Positions 22,142 to 31,572 of a stretch of DNA of 64,000 nucleotides are shown in pieces. Position 1 is the stretch's first letter. The number at the start of each line of letters is the position of its first letter. The notes beneath the pieces were generated by a model. It ran no database searches. It was not told where the DNA came from and saw only the letters and a program-made list of their open reading frames with translations. The position numbers and the translations under genes are program-made. Source of the DNA: Sphingopyxis sp. (GTDB taxonomy: Bacteria; Pseudomonadota; Alphaproteobacteria; Sphingomonadales; Sphingomonadaceae); the NCBI RefSeq assembly GCF_035565275.1, contig NZ_DATMST010000063.1, positions 2,537 to 66,536 on the forward strand, given 5' to 3'.

Positions 22142-23005
22142 ATGTCTACACTCCCCAAAACGCTCACCCTCGACACCTCCACCAGCCGCGCGAATCCGAC
22201 GCCGCAGCCGATGAAGCGACTGACCGTACCGCGGATTCGCCAGCGCAAGGGCGGCGAGCCGATCGTGATGCTCACCGCTTACACCGTTCGCATGGCACAG
22301 CTGCTCGACCCGCATTGCGACATGCTGCTCGTGGGCGATTCGCTCGCGCAGGTGATCTATGGTTTGCCGCACACCGTCGGCGTGACAATGGAAATGATGG
22401 CGCTGCACGGCGCCGCCGTGGTGCGTGGCAGCTGGCATGCCGCAGTGATCGTCGATATGCCCTTTGGCAGTTACGAGGGCAGCCCCGAACAGGCATTCAA
22501 CAATGCGGCGCGGCTGCTCAAGGAAACCGGCGCAGCGGCGGTCAAGGTCGAGGGCGGCAAGGTGCTCGCGCCGACGATCGAATTCCTGACCCAGCGCGGC
22601 ATTCCGGTGATGGGCCATGTCGGCCTGACGCCGCAGGCGGTCAATATCCTCGGCGGTTATGGCGTGCGCGGGAAGAGCGACGAGGAAGCCCGGTCGATCG
22701 TCGAGGATGCCGTCGCGGTGGCACAGGCGGGCGCCTTCTCGATCGTGATCGAGGGCGTGCTCGAATCGATCGCGATCGAAATCACCAACAAGGTCGATTG
22801 CCCCACCATCGGTATCGGTGCGTCGGCGCAATGCGATGGCCAGGTGCTGGTGACCGACGACATGCTGGGGATGTTCGAACGCGTCCCGAAATTCGTGAAA
22901 CGCTATCAGGACATGGCCGGCGTCGTCGAGGGCGCGGTCAAGGACTATGCGGACGAAGTCAGGTCCCGTTCATTCCCGACGGAGGATCAGACCTACGCCG
23001 GCTGA
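22142..23005 (+). CDS. panB: 3-methyl-2-oxobutanoate hydroxymethyltransferase
   Basis: [40 protein letters not shown]. Confidence 0.97.
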   Translation: MSTLPKTLTLDTSTSRANPTPQPMKRLTVPRIRQRKGGEPIVMLTAYTVRMAQLLDPHCDMLLVGDSLAQVIYGLPHTVGVTMEMMALHGAAVVRGSWHAAVIVDMPFGSYEGSPEQAFNNAARLLKETGAAAVKVEGGKVLAPTIEFLTQRGIPVMGHVGLTPQAVNILGGYGVRGKSDEEARSIVEDAVAVAQAGAFSIVIEGVLESIAIEITNKVDCPTIGIGASAQCDGQVLVTDDMLGMFERVPKFVKRYQDMAGVVEGAVKDYADEVRSRSFPTEDQTYAG

Positions 23006-23122
23006 AACGCGGCGGTGCGCTGAAGGGGCAAGTGAATCGCTTGGCCTTTTTCGGCGTGGTCGCTAAGGAAGCGACCGGCGGGAAATATGCCCAGAGCCAT
23101 GAATGACAAGATGGAGGTTTGA

Positions 23123-23929
23123 TTGGCCCTGAGCCCGACGAATGATGCCGCGCTGTTGCAAGAGGTTGACGAGGCCGTCCGCAAGGACCGGCTCGATACG
23201 ATCATGCAAAACTACGGCCGCTGGATTGTCGGCGGTGTCCTCGCTGCCTTGCTGGCGTTCGGGGGCTATCTGTTCTGGAGCCATCGTCAGGACGTTGCGC
23301 GCGGCGAGCAGGCCGAGCAGCTGATCGCGGCGTTCGAAAAGCTCCAGTCCAATCAGCCGCGTGCCGCCGCCGCCGAATTGCAGAAGCTCGAAGCCGATGG
23401 CGATCCCGCCTATGGCGCCGTCGCCGCGATGCAGCAGGCGAATATCAAGGCTCAGACTGGTGACCTGAAAGCCGCCGCTGCGCTGATGGCGAAAGTCGCT
23501 GCCGACACGAAGCTCGATCAGTCGCTCCGCGATCTGGCGCTGATCCGCCAGACCGCGTTCGAATATGACACGCTGAAGCCCGCGGCGGTGATCGCCCGCC
23601 TGAAACCGATGGTCGACGCGAAGGATCCGGCTTCGAGCTGGTTCGCCAGCGCCGCCGAATTGTCGGCGACGGCGCATTATCAGCTGGGCCAATTCGATCA
23701 GGCGGGCGCGCTGTACGGCCGCATTGCCAAGACGCCGGGCGTCGCCAAGTCGCTCGAATCGCGCGCGGTGCAGATGGCGGGCATGCTGGGCGTCGACGCG
23801 GTCGCCGACCGGGCGTCCGAAAGCGCCGCAGCCGACAAGACGGGGGCGGCGCAGGCTGCCGCCGGGGACCAGAAAGGCAGTGCCGCGCCCAAGGCAGCGG
23901 CGGCCGGAAAAGCTGAGGAAGTCAACTAA
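23123..23929 (+). CDS. YfgM-like TPR membrane-anchored protein
   Basis: LLQEVDEAVRKD, one TM, TPR-like helices; TTG start with GGAGG RBS; upstream of bamB-like and der. Confidence 0.82.
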   Translation: MALSPTNDAALLQEVDEAVRKDRLDTIMQNYGRWIVGGVLAALLAFGGYLFWSHRQDVARGEQAEQLIAAFEKLQSNQPRAAAAELQKLEADGDPAYGAVAAMQQANIKAQTGDLKAAAALMAKVAADTKLDQSLRDLALIRQTAFEYDTLKPAAVIARLKPMVDAKDPASSWFASAAELSATAHYQLGQFDQAGALYGRIAKTPGVAKSLESRAVQMAGMLGVDAVADRASESAAADKTGAAQAAAGDQKGSAAPKAAAAGKAEEVN

Positions 23930-23930
23930 G

Positions 23931-25265
23931 ATGCGGAACACGCGGTACGGAATTTATGCAGCGTTGCTGGCGCTGCCGCTCGCGGCTTGTGGGGTGTTCA
24001 AGGGCGACGGCGGGCCGAAGACGCCGACCGTCGGCGACCGCGTATCGATCCTGTCCAACGACAATAGTGTCAAGGTCGATCCCGCCACGGCCGCGATCGC
24101 GGTCGTCCTTCCTGAACCCGCGGTCAATGCCGACTGGGCGCAATCGGGCGGCAATGCGTCGAAATCGATGGGCCATCCGGCGCTGGGCGCGACCCGAACC
24201 CAGTTGTGGCAGGCCGATATTACCGGCGGAACCAACAAGCTGCGGCTCGCGGCGGCGCCGGTCGTTGCCGATAACCGCCTGTTCGCGGTCGGCACCGACG
24301 CCGTGGTGTCGGCCTTTGCCGCCGACACGGGCGCGCAGCTGTGGCGGACGCCGATCGGCAGTACCGAAAAGGATTTCAAGGATTCGCTGTTCGGTGGCGG
24401 TGCGGCAGTCGACGGGTCGGTCGTATATGCGACGAGCGGTGTGGGCGATGTCGCCGCGCTGAACGTCGCTGACGGATCGGTGATCTGGAAGGTGAAGCCC
24501 TCGGGTCCGCTGCGCGGCGCGCCGACGATTGCCTTTGGCGGCGTCTATGTGATCAGTCAGGACAACCAGATTTTCGCGCTCAACGCGACCAATGGCGCGG
24601 TCCAGTGGCAGGCGACGGCGTCGATGGAGGCTGGCAGCGTATTCGGGGCGGCATCGCCCGCGGCGGGGCAGGGGACGATCGTCGCCGGCTTCTCGTCGGG
24701 CGAAGTCCAGGCCTATCGTTACGAAAACGGCCGCGACCTTTGGGAAGACGCGCTCGCGCGCACGTCGATGGCGCTGTCGGTGTCGACTTTGACTGACGTC
24801 GATGCCGATCCGGTCGTCGACCGGGGCAGGGTTTTCGCGCTTGGCCAGGGCGGCCGCATGGCGAGCTATGAATTGCTGACGGGCCAGCGCAGCTGGGAAA
24901 TCTCGATCGCGGGCATTTCGACGCCCTATGTGGTTGGCGAATGGGTCTATGCGATGACCGACGACGGCAAGCTGCTGTGTGTCGCGCGCTCTTCGGGCAA
25001 GGTTCGCTGGCTCCAGCAGCTTGCGCGCTTCCGCGTCGAGACGGAGAAGAAGAAAAAGGACCCGATCCGCTGGACGGGGCCGATCCTTGCAGGCGGGCGG
25101 CTGATCGCGGTCAACAGCGAAGGTCAGCTCGTTGAATTCTCGCCGACCGATGGCTCGACGCTGGCGACGACCGAATTCAAGACGCCGCTGTCACAGCCCC
25201 CGATCGTCGCGAACAACGTCCTTTATATTCTGGCGGACGACGGACGCATCACCGCCTGGCGGTAA
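23931..25265 (+). CDS. PQQ-like beta-propeller lipoprotein (BamB-like)
   Basis: Lipobox LAAC; repeated A..A.TG..LW motifs; yfgM-bamB-der synteny. Confidence 0.85.
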   Translation: MRNTRYGIYAALLALPLAACGVFKGDGGPKTPTVGDRVSILSNDNSVKVDPATAAIAVVLPEPAVNADWAQSGGNASKSMGHPALGATRTQLWQADITGGTNKLRLAAAPVVADNRLFAVGTDAVVSAFAADTGAQLWRTPIGSTEKDFKDSLFGGGAAVDGSVVYATSGVGDVAALNVADGSVIWKVKPSGPLRGAPTIAFGGVYVISQDNQIFALNATNGAVQWQATASMEAGSVFGAASPAAGQGTIVAGFSSGEVQAYRYENGRDLWEDALARTSMALSVSTLTDVDADPVVDRGRVFALGQGGRMASYELLTGQRSWEISIAGISTPYVVGEWVYAMTDDGKLLCVARSSGKVRWLQQLARFRVETEKKKKDPIRWTGPILAGGRLIAVNSEGQLVEFSPTDGSTLATTEFKTPLSQPPIVANNVLYILADDGRITAWR

Positions 25266-25311
25266 CAGGGCGCGCGGCCGCTGCGGCCGCGCCGAAAGAT
25301 AGGATAGAAGC

Positions 25312-26700
25312 ATGGCGCGATCCGCAACGATCGCCATTGTCGGCCGGCCCAATGTCGGCAAGTCGACGCTGTTCAACAGGCTGGTCGGCAAGCGCCTTGC
25401 GCTCGTCGATGACCAGCCCGGAGTGACGCGCGATCGGCGCGAGGGCGATGGCGAACTGCTCGGCCTGAAATTCACGATCGTCGATACCGCGGGTTTCGAG
25501 GATTATGATGCGGCAACGCTGCCCGGCCGCATGCGCGTGCAGACCGAAAAGGCGGTGCGTGAGGCCGATGCCGCATTGTTCATGATCGATGGCCGCGCGG
25601 GGGTAACCCCGCTCGACGAGGAAATTGCGCGCTGGCTGCGCAGCGAAGACACGCCGATCATCCTGCTGGTCAACAAGGCCGAGGGCAAGCAGGGCGAAAA
25701 TGGCCTGATGGAAAGCTATTCGCTCGGCTTCGACAATCCGGTCGCGCTCAGCGCCGAGCATGGCGAAGGCGTCGTCGACCTGTTCGATGCTTTGCGCCCG
25801 ATCGTCGAGGCCTATGACGCGGAAGAGGCGGAACTTTCGCCGCCGCTCGCCGAGGGCGAGGAGGACGAGGACGCGCCGCTCGGGCCGATGAAGCTCGCGA
25901 TCGTCGGCCGCCCGAACGCCGGCAAGTCGACGCTGATCAACCGCATGATCGGCGAGGACCGGCTGATCACCGGACCCGAGGCAGGGATTACGCGCGATTC
26001 GATCCGCGTCGACTGGCAGTGGGAAAAGGACGGCGAGGTCCACGAGATCCAGCTGTTCGACACCGCGGGGATGCGCAAGCGCGCGAAGGTGGTCGACAAG
26101 CTCGAGAAACTGTCGGTCGCCGACGCGCTGCACGCGGTCGATTTCGCCGAGGTGGTCGTGCTGCTGCTCGACGCCACGAAAGGCCTCGAGGCACAGGACC
26201 TGCGCATCGCCGACCGCGTGCTGCAGGAAGGGCGCGCGTTGATCGTCGCGCTGAACAAATGGGACGTCGCCGAGGATCCCTCGTCACTGTTCAACGGCGT
26301 TCGTGCCGCGCTCGACGACGGGCTGAGCCAGGTGAAGGGTGTGCCGGTGCTCAGTATTTCGGGCGCGACGGGCAAGGGGATCGATACGCTCGTCCGTGTC
26401 GCGTTCGAACAGCGCGCGATCTGGACCAACCGCGTCTCGACCGCCCGGCTCAACCGCTGGTTCGAGAGCGCGGTGACCGCGAATCCGCCGCCGGCGCCGG
26501 GCGGCAAGCGGATCAAGCTGCGCTATATCACGCAAGCCCGGACGCGGCCGCCGACCTTTGTCGTTTTCGGCAGCCGCACCGATGCCTTGCCCGGAAGCTA
26601 TGAGCGCTACCTCGTCAACGGCATGCGCAAGGAACTGGGCTTTCAGGGCGTCCCCGTTCGGCTCAATTTCCGCAATACGCGCAATCCGTACGACGAATGA
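25312..26700 (+). CDS. der: Ribosome biogenesis GTPase Der
   Basis: Two G domains GRPNVGKST / GRPNAGKST, DTAG, NKWD, KH-like C-terminus. Confidence 0.98.
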   Translation: MARSATIAIVGRPNVGKSTLFNRLVGKRLALVDDQPGVTRDRREGDGELLGLKFTIVDTAGFEDYDAATLPGRMRVQTEKAVREADAALFMIDGRAGVTPLDEEIARWLRSEDTPIILLVNKAEGKQGENGLMESYSLGFDNPVALSAEHGEGVVDLFDALRPIVEAYDAEEAELSPPLAEGEEDEDAPLGPMKLAIVGRPNAGKSTLINRMIGEDRLITGPEAGITRDSIRVDWQWEKDGEVHEIQLFDTAGMRKRAKVVDKLEKLSVADALHAVDFAEVVVLLLDATKGLEAQDLRIADRVLQEGRALIVALNKWDVAEDPSSLFNGVRAALDDGLSQVKGVPVLSISGATGKGIDTLVRVAFEQRAIWTNRVSTARLNRWFESAVTANPPPAPGGKRIKLRYITQARTRPPTFVVFGSRTDALPGSYERYLVNGMRKELGFQGVPVRLNFRNTRNPYDE

Positions 26701-26930
26701 CCGCAGCTGACGACGCCGCGGCGCTGGTCGTCGATGCGCGGGGAATGCGTTGTCCATGGCCCGCCTTGCGACTGGCACGGGCAATGCGCGAAGCGGCCGA
26801 CGTGCTGCTGATCGCTGACGATCCGCAAGCGGGGCGCGAGGTTATGGCGCTCGCGGGCGAGCATGGCTGGTCGGTCGCTGCGGACGCCGCCACCGCGGGC
26901 GAGGGGCGCTGGCGCGTGACGCGACCCTGA
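26697..26930 (+). CDS. TusA/SirA family sulfur carrier
   Basis: VDARGMRCPWP (CPxP), ADDP; ATGA overlap with der. Confidence 0.85.
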   Translation: MTAADDAAALVVDARGMRCPWPALRLARAMREAADVLLIADDPQAGREVMALAGEHGWSVAADAATAGEGRWRVTRP

Positions 26931-27044
26931 CTTGAAACGGGCCAGCTTTCGCGGCGACCGTTCCACGCCGTAACGTCTTTTTTACCCAAGGCGGGCATGC
27001 ACGGGCCGGGACCACGGCCGAATTGAACACCAAGGGACGGAACA

Positions 27045-27449
27045 TTGGACGAAATGCTGGTCGATTGGGATGAATTTCGCGCGACGCGTGCCCAGTTGGG
27101 CGCGGCGTTCGTACGGATTCTCGGCTATTTCCGCGAAGACGGCACCAAGTCGGTTGCCGCGATCGAAGAGGCGATGCGCGCGCGTGACGCGCGCGGTCTC
27201 GTCATGCCCGCGCACACGCTGAAGAGCGAAGCCCGCCAGTTCGGCGGCGAAAGGCTTGGCGCGCTGGCCGAAGATATCGAAATGTTCGCGCGGCATTGCG
27301 TCGAAAGCCAGATCAGTCCCGAAGAATATCTGCCGCGCGTCGTTGCGTTGCGCGCGCTGTTCGAAGAGACGCTGACCGCGCTCGAGCGCGAGGCCAACCC
27401 GCTCGTCCAGCGCCGTCCCGGCGGGCTCGACCGCGCCATCGGATACTGA
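27045..27449 (+). CDS. Stand-alone Hpt domain protein
   Basis: AHTLKSEARQFGGERL H-box; TTG start. Confidence 0.85.
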   Translation: MDEMLVDWDEFRATRAQLGAAFVRILGYFREDGTKSVAAIEEAMRARDARGLVMPAHTLKSEARQFGGERLGALAEDIEMFARHCVESQISPEEYLPRVVALRALFEETLTALEREANPLVQRRPGGLDRAIGY

Positions 27450-27456
27450 CCGGCGG

Positions 27457-28704
27457 CTATCGGCGCATAGGCTGGAACGCCCCGCGCGCGAGGCTGCGCC
27501 ATAACCATTCGAACGGGCCGTAGCGAAAGCGTTCGAGCCAAGGCTTCGACCACAGCAGCATGAACGCCCACATGCCCAGGCAGAAGAGATAGAGCGTCCA
27601 GCGGTCGACCTCGCCGAACAATCCCAGCCCATAACCGTAGAAGGTCGTGGTCATCACGATACTGGTGCCGAGATAATTTGAGAAGGCGGCACGTCCCGCG
27701 GCGGCCACGCGCGCAAGCCACACGCTGCCTGCGGCGCGCCGGATCAGCAGCACGAGCAGCGCAGCGTAGGCGATCGTCATCATCAACCGCCCGGGCGCGG
27801 CCCACGCCATGAAGGCGTTGACTGCGACCAGATAGTCGAAACCCGCGCGCCACTGGATCCATGCGACGAGGATGGTGAGCAGCAGCCCCGGCGGCAGCCA
27901 GCGCTGCGCGGTGCGGCGATAGGCGGCGGGCGTCCACGCGCCAGTCAGGAAGCCGTTCCGGAACAGTGCCATGCCGAGCATCATCAGCGGCAATGTTTCG
28001 AGTATCGTCATCAGCACGCCGACGAATGGATTGGCGGCGTTGCCCAGCCGTTCGTCGAGTATGGGAAGATAGGACCCGCGGTAGAGCGCCGTTTCCTCGA
28101 TGACCTCGTCGTCAATCTTCGCATATTCGTCGCGCACGTCGCGGCCGGCCTCCGCCATCGTCGACGCGGGGTTATCGGCAGCGGAAGCGACGGCAAGCTG
28201 CGAGCCGAAGAAAAAGGCCGTCAGCAGAACGCCGAGAGTGAAAAGCCCGAGCGCCCATTTGATCAGGCGGCGCGGCTCCCAGCGGCGGAAAGCGAAGGCG
28301 ACGCAGCCGACGGCGGCGTAGAGGAACAGGATGTCGCCCCACCAGATGAAGAAATAGTGGCAGAGGCCGAAGATAGCGAGCCACATCATGCGACGGTAAT
28401 GGACCGCGCCGGGATTCTGGCCCGACGCTTCGGCCCGGTCGACGATCAAGAGCATGCTTGCGCCGAACAGGATCGAGAAGAGTCCGCGCATCTTGCCGTC
28501 GAACAGCAGGAAGCCGATTGTCCAGGCGGAGATGTCGGACGCCGTCTCGCCGCCATAGGCCTTGGGCGAGACATAGGCCATTTCGGGCATCGCGAAGGCG
28601 ACGATGTTCATGGCCAATATGCCCATGACCGCGAATCCGCGCAGCGCGTCGAGGGTGACGAGGCGTTCGGTCGCAACTTCGCTGTCTTCGCGCATATCGC
28701 CCAT
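27457..28704 (-). CDS. DUF418 (YeiB-like) membrane protein
   Basis: LDALRGFAVMGIL, LFSILFGAS, WWGDILFLYA, GRAAFSNYL, YGPFEWLWR. Confidence 0.88.
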   Translation of the reverse strand: MGDMREDSEVATERLVTLDALRGFAVMGILAMNIVAFAMPEMAYVSPKAYGGETASDISAWTIGFLLFDGKMRGLFSILFGASMLLIVDRAEASGQNPGAVHYRRMMWLAIFGLCHYFFIWWGDILFLYAAVGCVAFAFRRWEPRRLIKWALGLFTLGVLLTAFFFGSQLAVASAADNPASTMAEAGRDVRDEYAKIDDEVIEETALYRGSYLPILDERLGNAANPFVGVLMTILETLPLMMLGMALFRNGFLTGAWTPAAYRRTAQRWLPPGLLLTILVAWIQWRAGFDYLVAVNAFMAWAAPGRLMMTIAYAALLVLLIRRAAGSVWLARVAAAGRAAFSNYLGTSIVMTTTFYGYGLGLFGEVDRWTLYLFCLGMWAFMLLWSKPWLERFRYGPFEWLWRSLARGAFQPMRR

Positions 28705-28760
28705 CCACTGGTTATGAAGCTGTTACGGTCGGCCACCGTCGCGGTCCAGCCGTTAAGCTG

Positions 28761-28791
28761 CTATTGACATTTGTGTCAGTAATGCTATCCG
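28761..28791 (+). promoter_or_regulatory. Sigma70 promoter with an overlapping palindromic operator (copy 2)
   Basis: CTATTGACATTTGTGTCAGTAA (TGACA-N4-TGTCA), perfect TTGACA and GCTATCC -10-like box. Confidence 0.7.
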
Positions 28792-28823
28792 GGCAGCATC
28801 AACTGATTCGAACGAGACCAGCC

Positions 28824-29603
28824 ATGATCCCCACCATCTTCTCCCATCCCGATCGCCAGCCGCAGAAGTTTCGCCCGCTGAAGGCGTTCGCGCATTTTCG
28901 CAAGCTCATCAAGGACAAGGAAGACACCGAACAGGTCTTCCACATCTTCGAGAATTTGCCGCGCAAGGGTTTCATGGACGATGCGCGTGCCTTCGTCGAA
29001 AGCGATTTCGGTCAGAAGCTGATGGAGCGCGAACCCTATCTGCCTGACCTGCTCGACGATCACGCGTGGATCGACCAGCTGCCCGAAGGCAGCGTCGGCC
29101 ATGCCTATGTGACCTTCATGCGCCGCGAAGGCCTGTCGGCCGCTGGCCTTGTTGCCGAGAGTGACAAGATGGGCCGCCCCAAATTCGACGACCAGGTGCA
29201 ATGGTATTCGAATCGCCTGCGCGACACGCATGACCTGTTCCACATCCTCACGGGCTATGGCCGTGATGCACTTGGCGAACAATGCGTGCTTGGCTTCACC
29301 TATGGCCAGACGGGCAATTACGGCAATTTCTTCATCGCCTATGCTGGCGGTTACGAAGTGAAGCGGAGCATCAAGAGTGACGCGCCGGTAATGGGCGCGA
29401 TTCGTCAGGGTCAGCGCCACGGCAAGGCGGCGCAGGCAATCATCGAGCAGGATATCCGCTCGCTGCTCGCCGAACCGCTCGAAGCTGCGCGCGCACGCCT
29501 CGGCATCGCCAAGCCGACACTCTATGAGGAGGCTCACCGCGCGTATCGCAACCGCGGGATCGATCCGTACAATTTCCTTGCGGCGCAGGCCGCGGCCGCT
29601 TGA
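28824..29603 (+). CDS. Coq4 family protein
   Basis: LPEGSVGHAY, RDTHDLFHILTGYGRDALGE (HDxxH...E). Confidence 0.85.
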   Translation: MIPTIFSHPDRQPQKFRPLKAFAHFRKLIKDKEDTEQVFHIFENLPRKGFMDDARAFVESDFGQKLMEREPYLPDLLDDHAWIDQLPEGSVGHAYVTFMRREGLSAAGLVAESDKMGRPKFDDQVQWYSNRLRDTHDLFHILTGYGRDALGEQCVLGFTYGQTGNYGNFFIAYAGGYEVKRSIKSDAPVMGAIRQGQRHGKAAQAIIEQDIRSLLAEPLEAARARLGIAKPTLYEEAHRAYRNRGIDPYNFLAAQAAAA

Positions 29604-29610
29604 CCGTTCA

Positions 29611-29650
29611 CCTCGAGCTCCCCGCAAAGCCGGGGGCTCGAGGCGAGTTT
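29611..29650. terminator. Hairpin between convergent coq4-like and FMN reductase genes
   Basis: CCTCGAGCTCCCCG-CAAAGC-CGGGGGCTCGAGG followed by a T run. Confidence 0.6.
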
Positions 29651-29690
29651 TTATCTTCCGGACGCGCTTCCTGCCGGTGACCCCGATGTT

Positions 29691-30338
29691 TTACCTCGCC
29701 TTCTCCGGCCAGACACGCGGGCTGCGCGGCGTCTCCAGCCTGTAGTCCGAATAGGATCGGGAGAAGATCTCCCGGCCCATGCGTTCGGCGTCGCCGATGG
29801 GGTTCGCCGGATCGTTGCGCACTTCGCCGCGGCTGTTGCCCGCCCCGCGCACCACGCCGACGAAATCAGAATTCGTGTAGCGGGAAAATTCCTGAATCTG
29901 GTGGACGATGCCGAGCGCCACGCCGGGATAGGTTTCCTCGGACGCCAGTACCACGCCCAGGCGTTTGTTCGCCATCGCGGCAAGCGCGTCCTGCGAACCC
30001 GGATAGGAGGCCGCATAATAGCAGAAGCTGCGATCGAAGAACGCCTTGATCTGGGCGGACACGCCGTACCAATAGATGGGCGAACAAAAGATCACCCCGC
30101 GCGCGGGCAAGAACTCGTCGAAGAACAGCGCGCGATACGGGTCGTCGATCGCGCATTCGCCATCGGGCCGGCGGCATTGGCGGCAGTCGCGCAGAAACCC
30201 GGAAATATGGTCATCCAGAAATCGCAGTGCGACCTCGCTGCCCGCCGCCTGGGCGCCGCGCCGGACGGCTTCGGCAAGCGTCGCACTATTGCCGTTCCGG
30301 CGTGGACTTCCGACAAGAATAAGCAGTTTTTCGGGCAT
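29691..30338 (-). CDS. NADPH-dependent FMN reductase / iron-sulfur flavoprotein family
   Basis: LVGSPRRNGNS, CRQCRRPDGECAIDD, CSPIYWY, KAFFDR. Confidence 0.85.
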   Translation of the reverse strand: MPEKLLILVGSPRRNGNSATLAEAVRRGAQAAGSEVALRFLDDHISGFLRDCRQCRRPDGECAIDDPYRALFFDEFLPARGVIFCSPIYWYGVSAQIKAFFDRSFCYYAASYPGSQDALAAMANKRLGVVLASEETYPGVALGIVHQIQEFSRYTNSDFVGVVRGAGNSRGEVRNDPANPIGDAERMGREIFSRSYSDYRLETPRSPRVWPEKAR

Positions 30339-30425
30339 ATCGATTGATCCTTTCGCGTTGGATGCGGCACGGCTGCCGCCTCCGGTTGATCGCAAAAGGG
30401 TGGCGTGATACTTTCTATTGATCAA

Positions 30426-30465
30426 TTACCTACTATTTTGTCATATACTCACCATTAGGTAAGAA
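30426..30465. promoter_or_regulatory. AT-rich divergent promoter with HxlR-type operator candidates
   Basis: TTACCTA (30426) ... TAGGTAA (30456); TACTCAC-N6-GTAAGAA. Confidence 0.45.
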
Positions 30466-30472
30466 TTGGTCA

Positions 30473-30811
30473 ATGACGACGCGCAAACAACCCTATAATG
30501 ACGGTCTCGGGCCGGTGTTCGAGGTCATCGGCGGGAAGTGGAAGGCTATGATTCTCTGGGAGCTTCACGGCACGCCGGTGCGCTTTGGCGCGCTCAAGCG
30601 GCGTATCGCCGGGATCAGCGAAAAGATGCTGATCCAGCAATTGCGCGAGATGGAAGCCGACGGCCTTGTCCACCGCGAGATGTTCCATCAGGTCCCGCCG
30701 CGTGTCGATTATTCGGTTACCCCCTTGGGGGCGTCGCTCAACGAGGCGCTGACGCCGCTATGCGAGTGGGGGAAACATAATCTGCAACCCCCGACTACCG
30801 GCAGCGGGTAA
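30473..30811 (+). CDS. HxlR family winged-helix regulator
   Basis: IGGKWKAMILWEL, RFGALKR, ISEKMLIQQLREME, VPPRVDYSVT. Confidence 0.92.
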   Translation: MTTRKQPYNDGLGPVFEVIGGKWKAMILWELHGTPVRFGALKRRIAGISEKMLIQQLREMEADGLVHREMFHQVPPRVDYSVTPLGASLNEALTPLCEWGKHNLQPPTTGSG

Positions 30812-30817
30812 CGTTGG

Positions 30818-31555
30818 TCAGCCGAGCTTTGCGATCAGCGCCTGCGCTGCGGCAGGGTTGCGGACTTTCGCGCCGGAGATGAAGAAGAGGTAGACGTCCT
30901 GATCCCCCTTCGCCCAATCCTTGGCGCGCTTCGCCCAATGGTCGAGCGCCTTGTCGTCATAGCCGGTGTCGACGTCTTCCTGACTGCGCTGAAGCCGCGC
31001 ATAGGTGAAATCGGCGGTCTGCTCGTCGATGCACGGGAATTCGTCGCTGTCGGCATAGACAATCGCCATGTTCCGTTCGCGCACCATGTCGACAAAGGCC
31101 TGATCGCGGAAACTTTCATCGCGCACCTCGATCGCGTGGCGCAACGGCACGCCGTCCTGCGTGTCGGGAAGCAGGTCGAGGAAGCCCGCGAAATCGTCGC
31201 GATCGAACTTCTTCGTCGCCATGAACTGCCAGTGGATCGGGCCGAGCCGGTCGCCGAGCCGCGTCAGGCCCTGCGTCAGGAATTTCTCGATCGACGCGGC
31301 GCCTTCGGCAAGCACCTTGCGGTTGGTCGTGAAGCGTGACGCCTTGACGCTGAACTTGAATCCGTCGGGGACCGCTTCAGCCCAATTGGCAAAGGTTTCG
31401 GGCTTCTGGCTGCCATAATAGGTGCCGTTGATCTCGATACCGGTCAGATGCTGCCCGGCATATTCGAGCTCGCGCTTTTGCGCGAGGCCGGCAGGGTAGA
31501 AGGGGCCGCGCCACGGTTCGAAGGTCCAGCCCCCGATTCCGACATGGATGCTCAT
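30818..31555 (-). CDS. DUF72 family protein
   Basis: IGGWTF..W...FYP, EINGTYY, FSVKASR, LGPIHWQF, YARL. Confidence 0.9.
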   Translation of the reverse strand: MSIHVGIGGWTFEPWRGPFYPAGLAQKRELEYAGQHLTGIEINGTYYGSQKPETFANWAEAVPDGFKFSVKASRFTTNRKVLAEGAASIEKFLTQGLTRLGDRLGPIHWQFMATKKFDRDDFAGFLDLLPDTQDGVPLRHAIEVRDESFRDQAFVDMVRERNMAIVYADSDEFPCIDEQTADFTYARLQRSQEDVDTGYDDKALDHWAKRAKDWAKGDQDVYLFFISGAKVRNPAAAQALIAKLG

Positions 31556-31572
31556 CGGCCCCTCTCTTTCAC

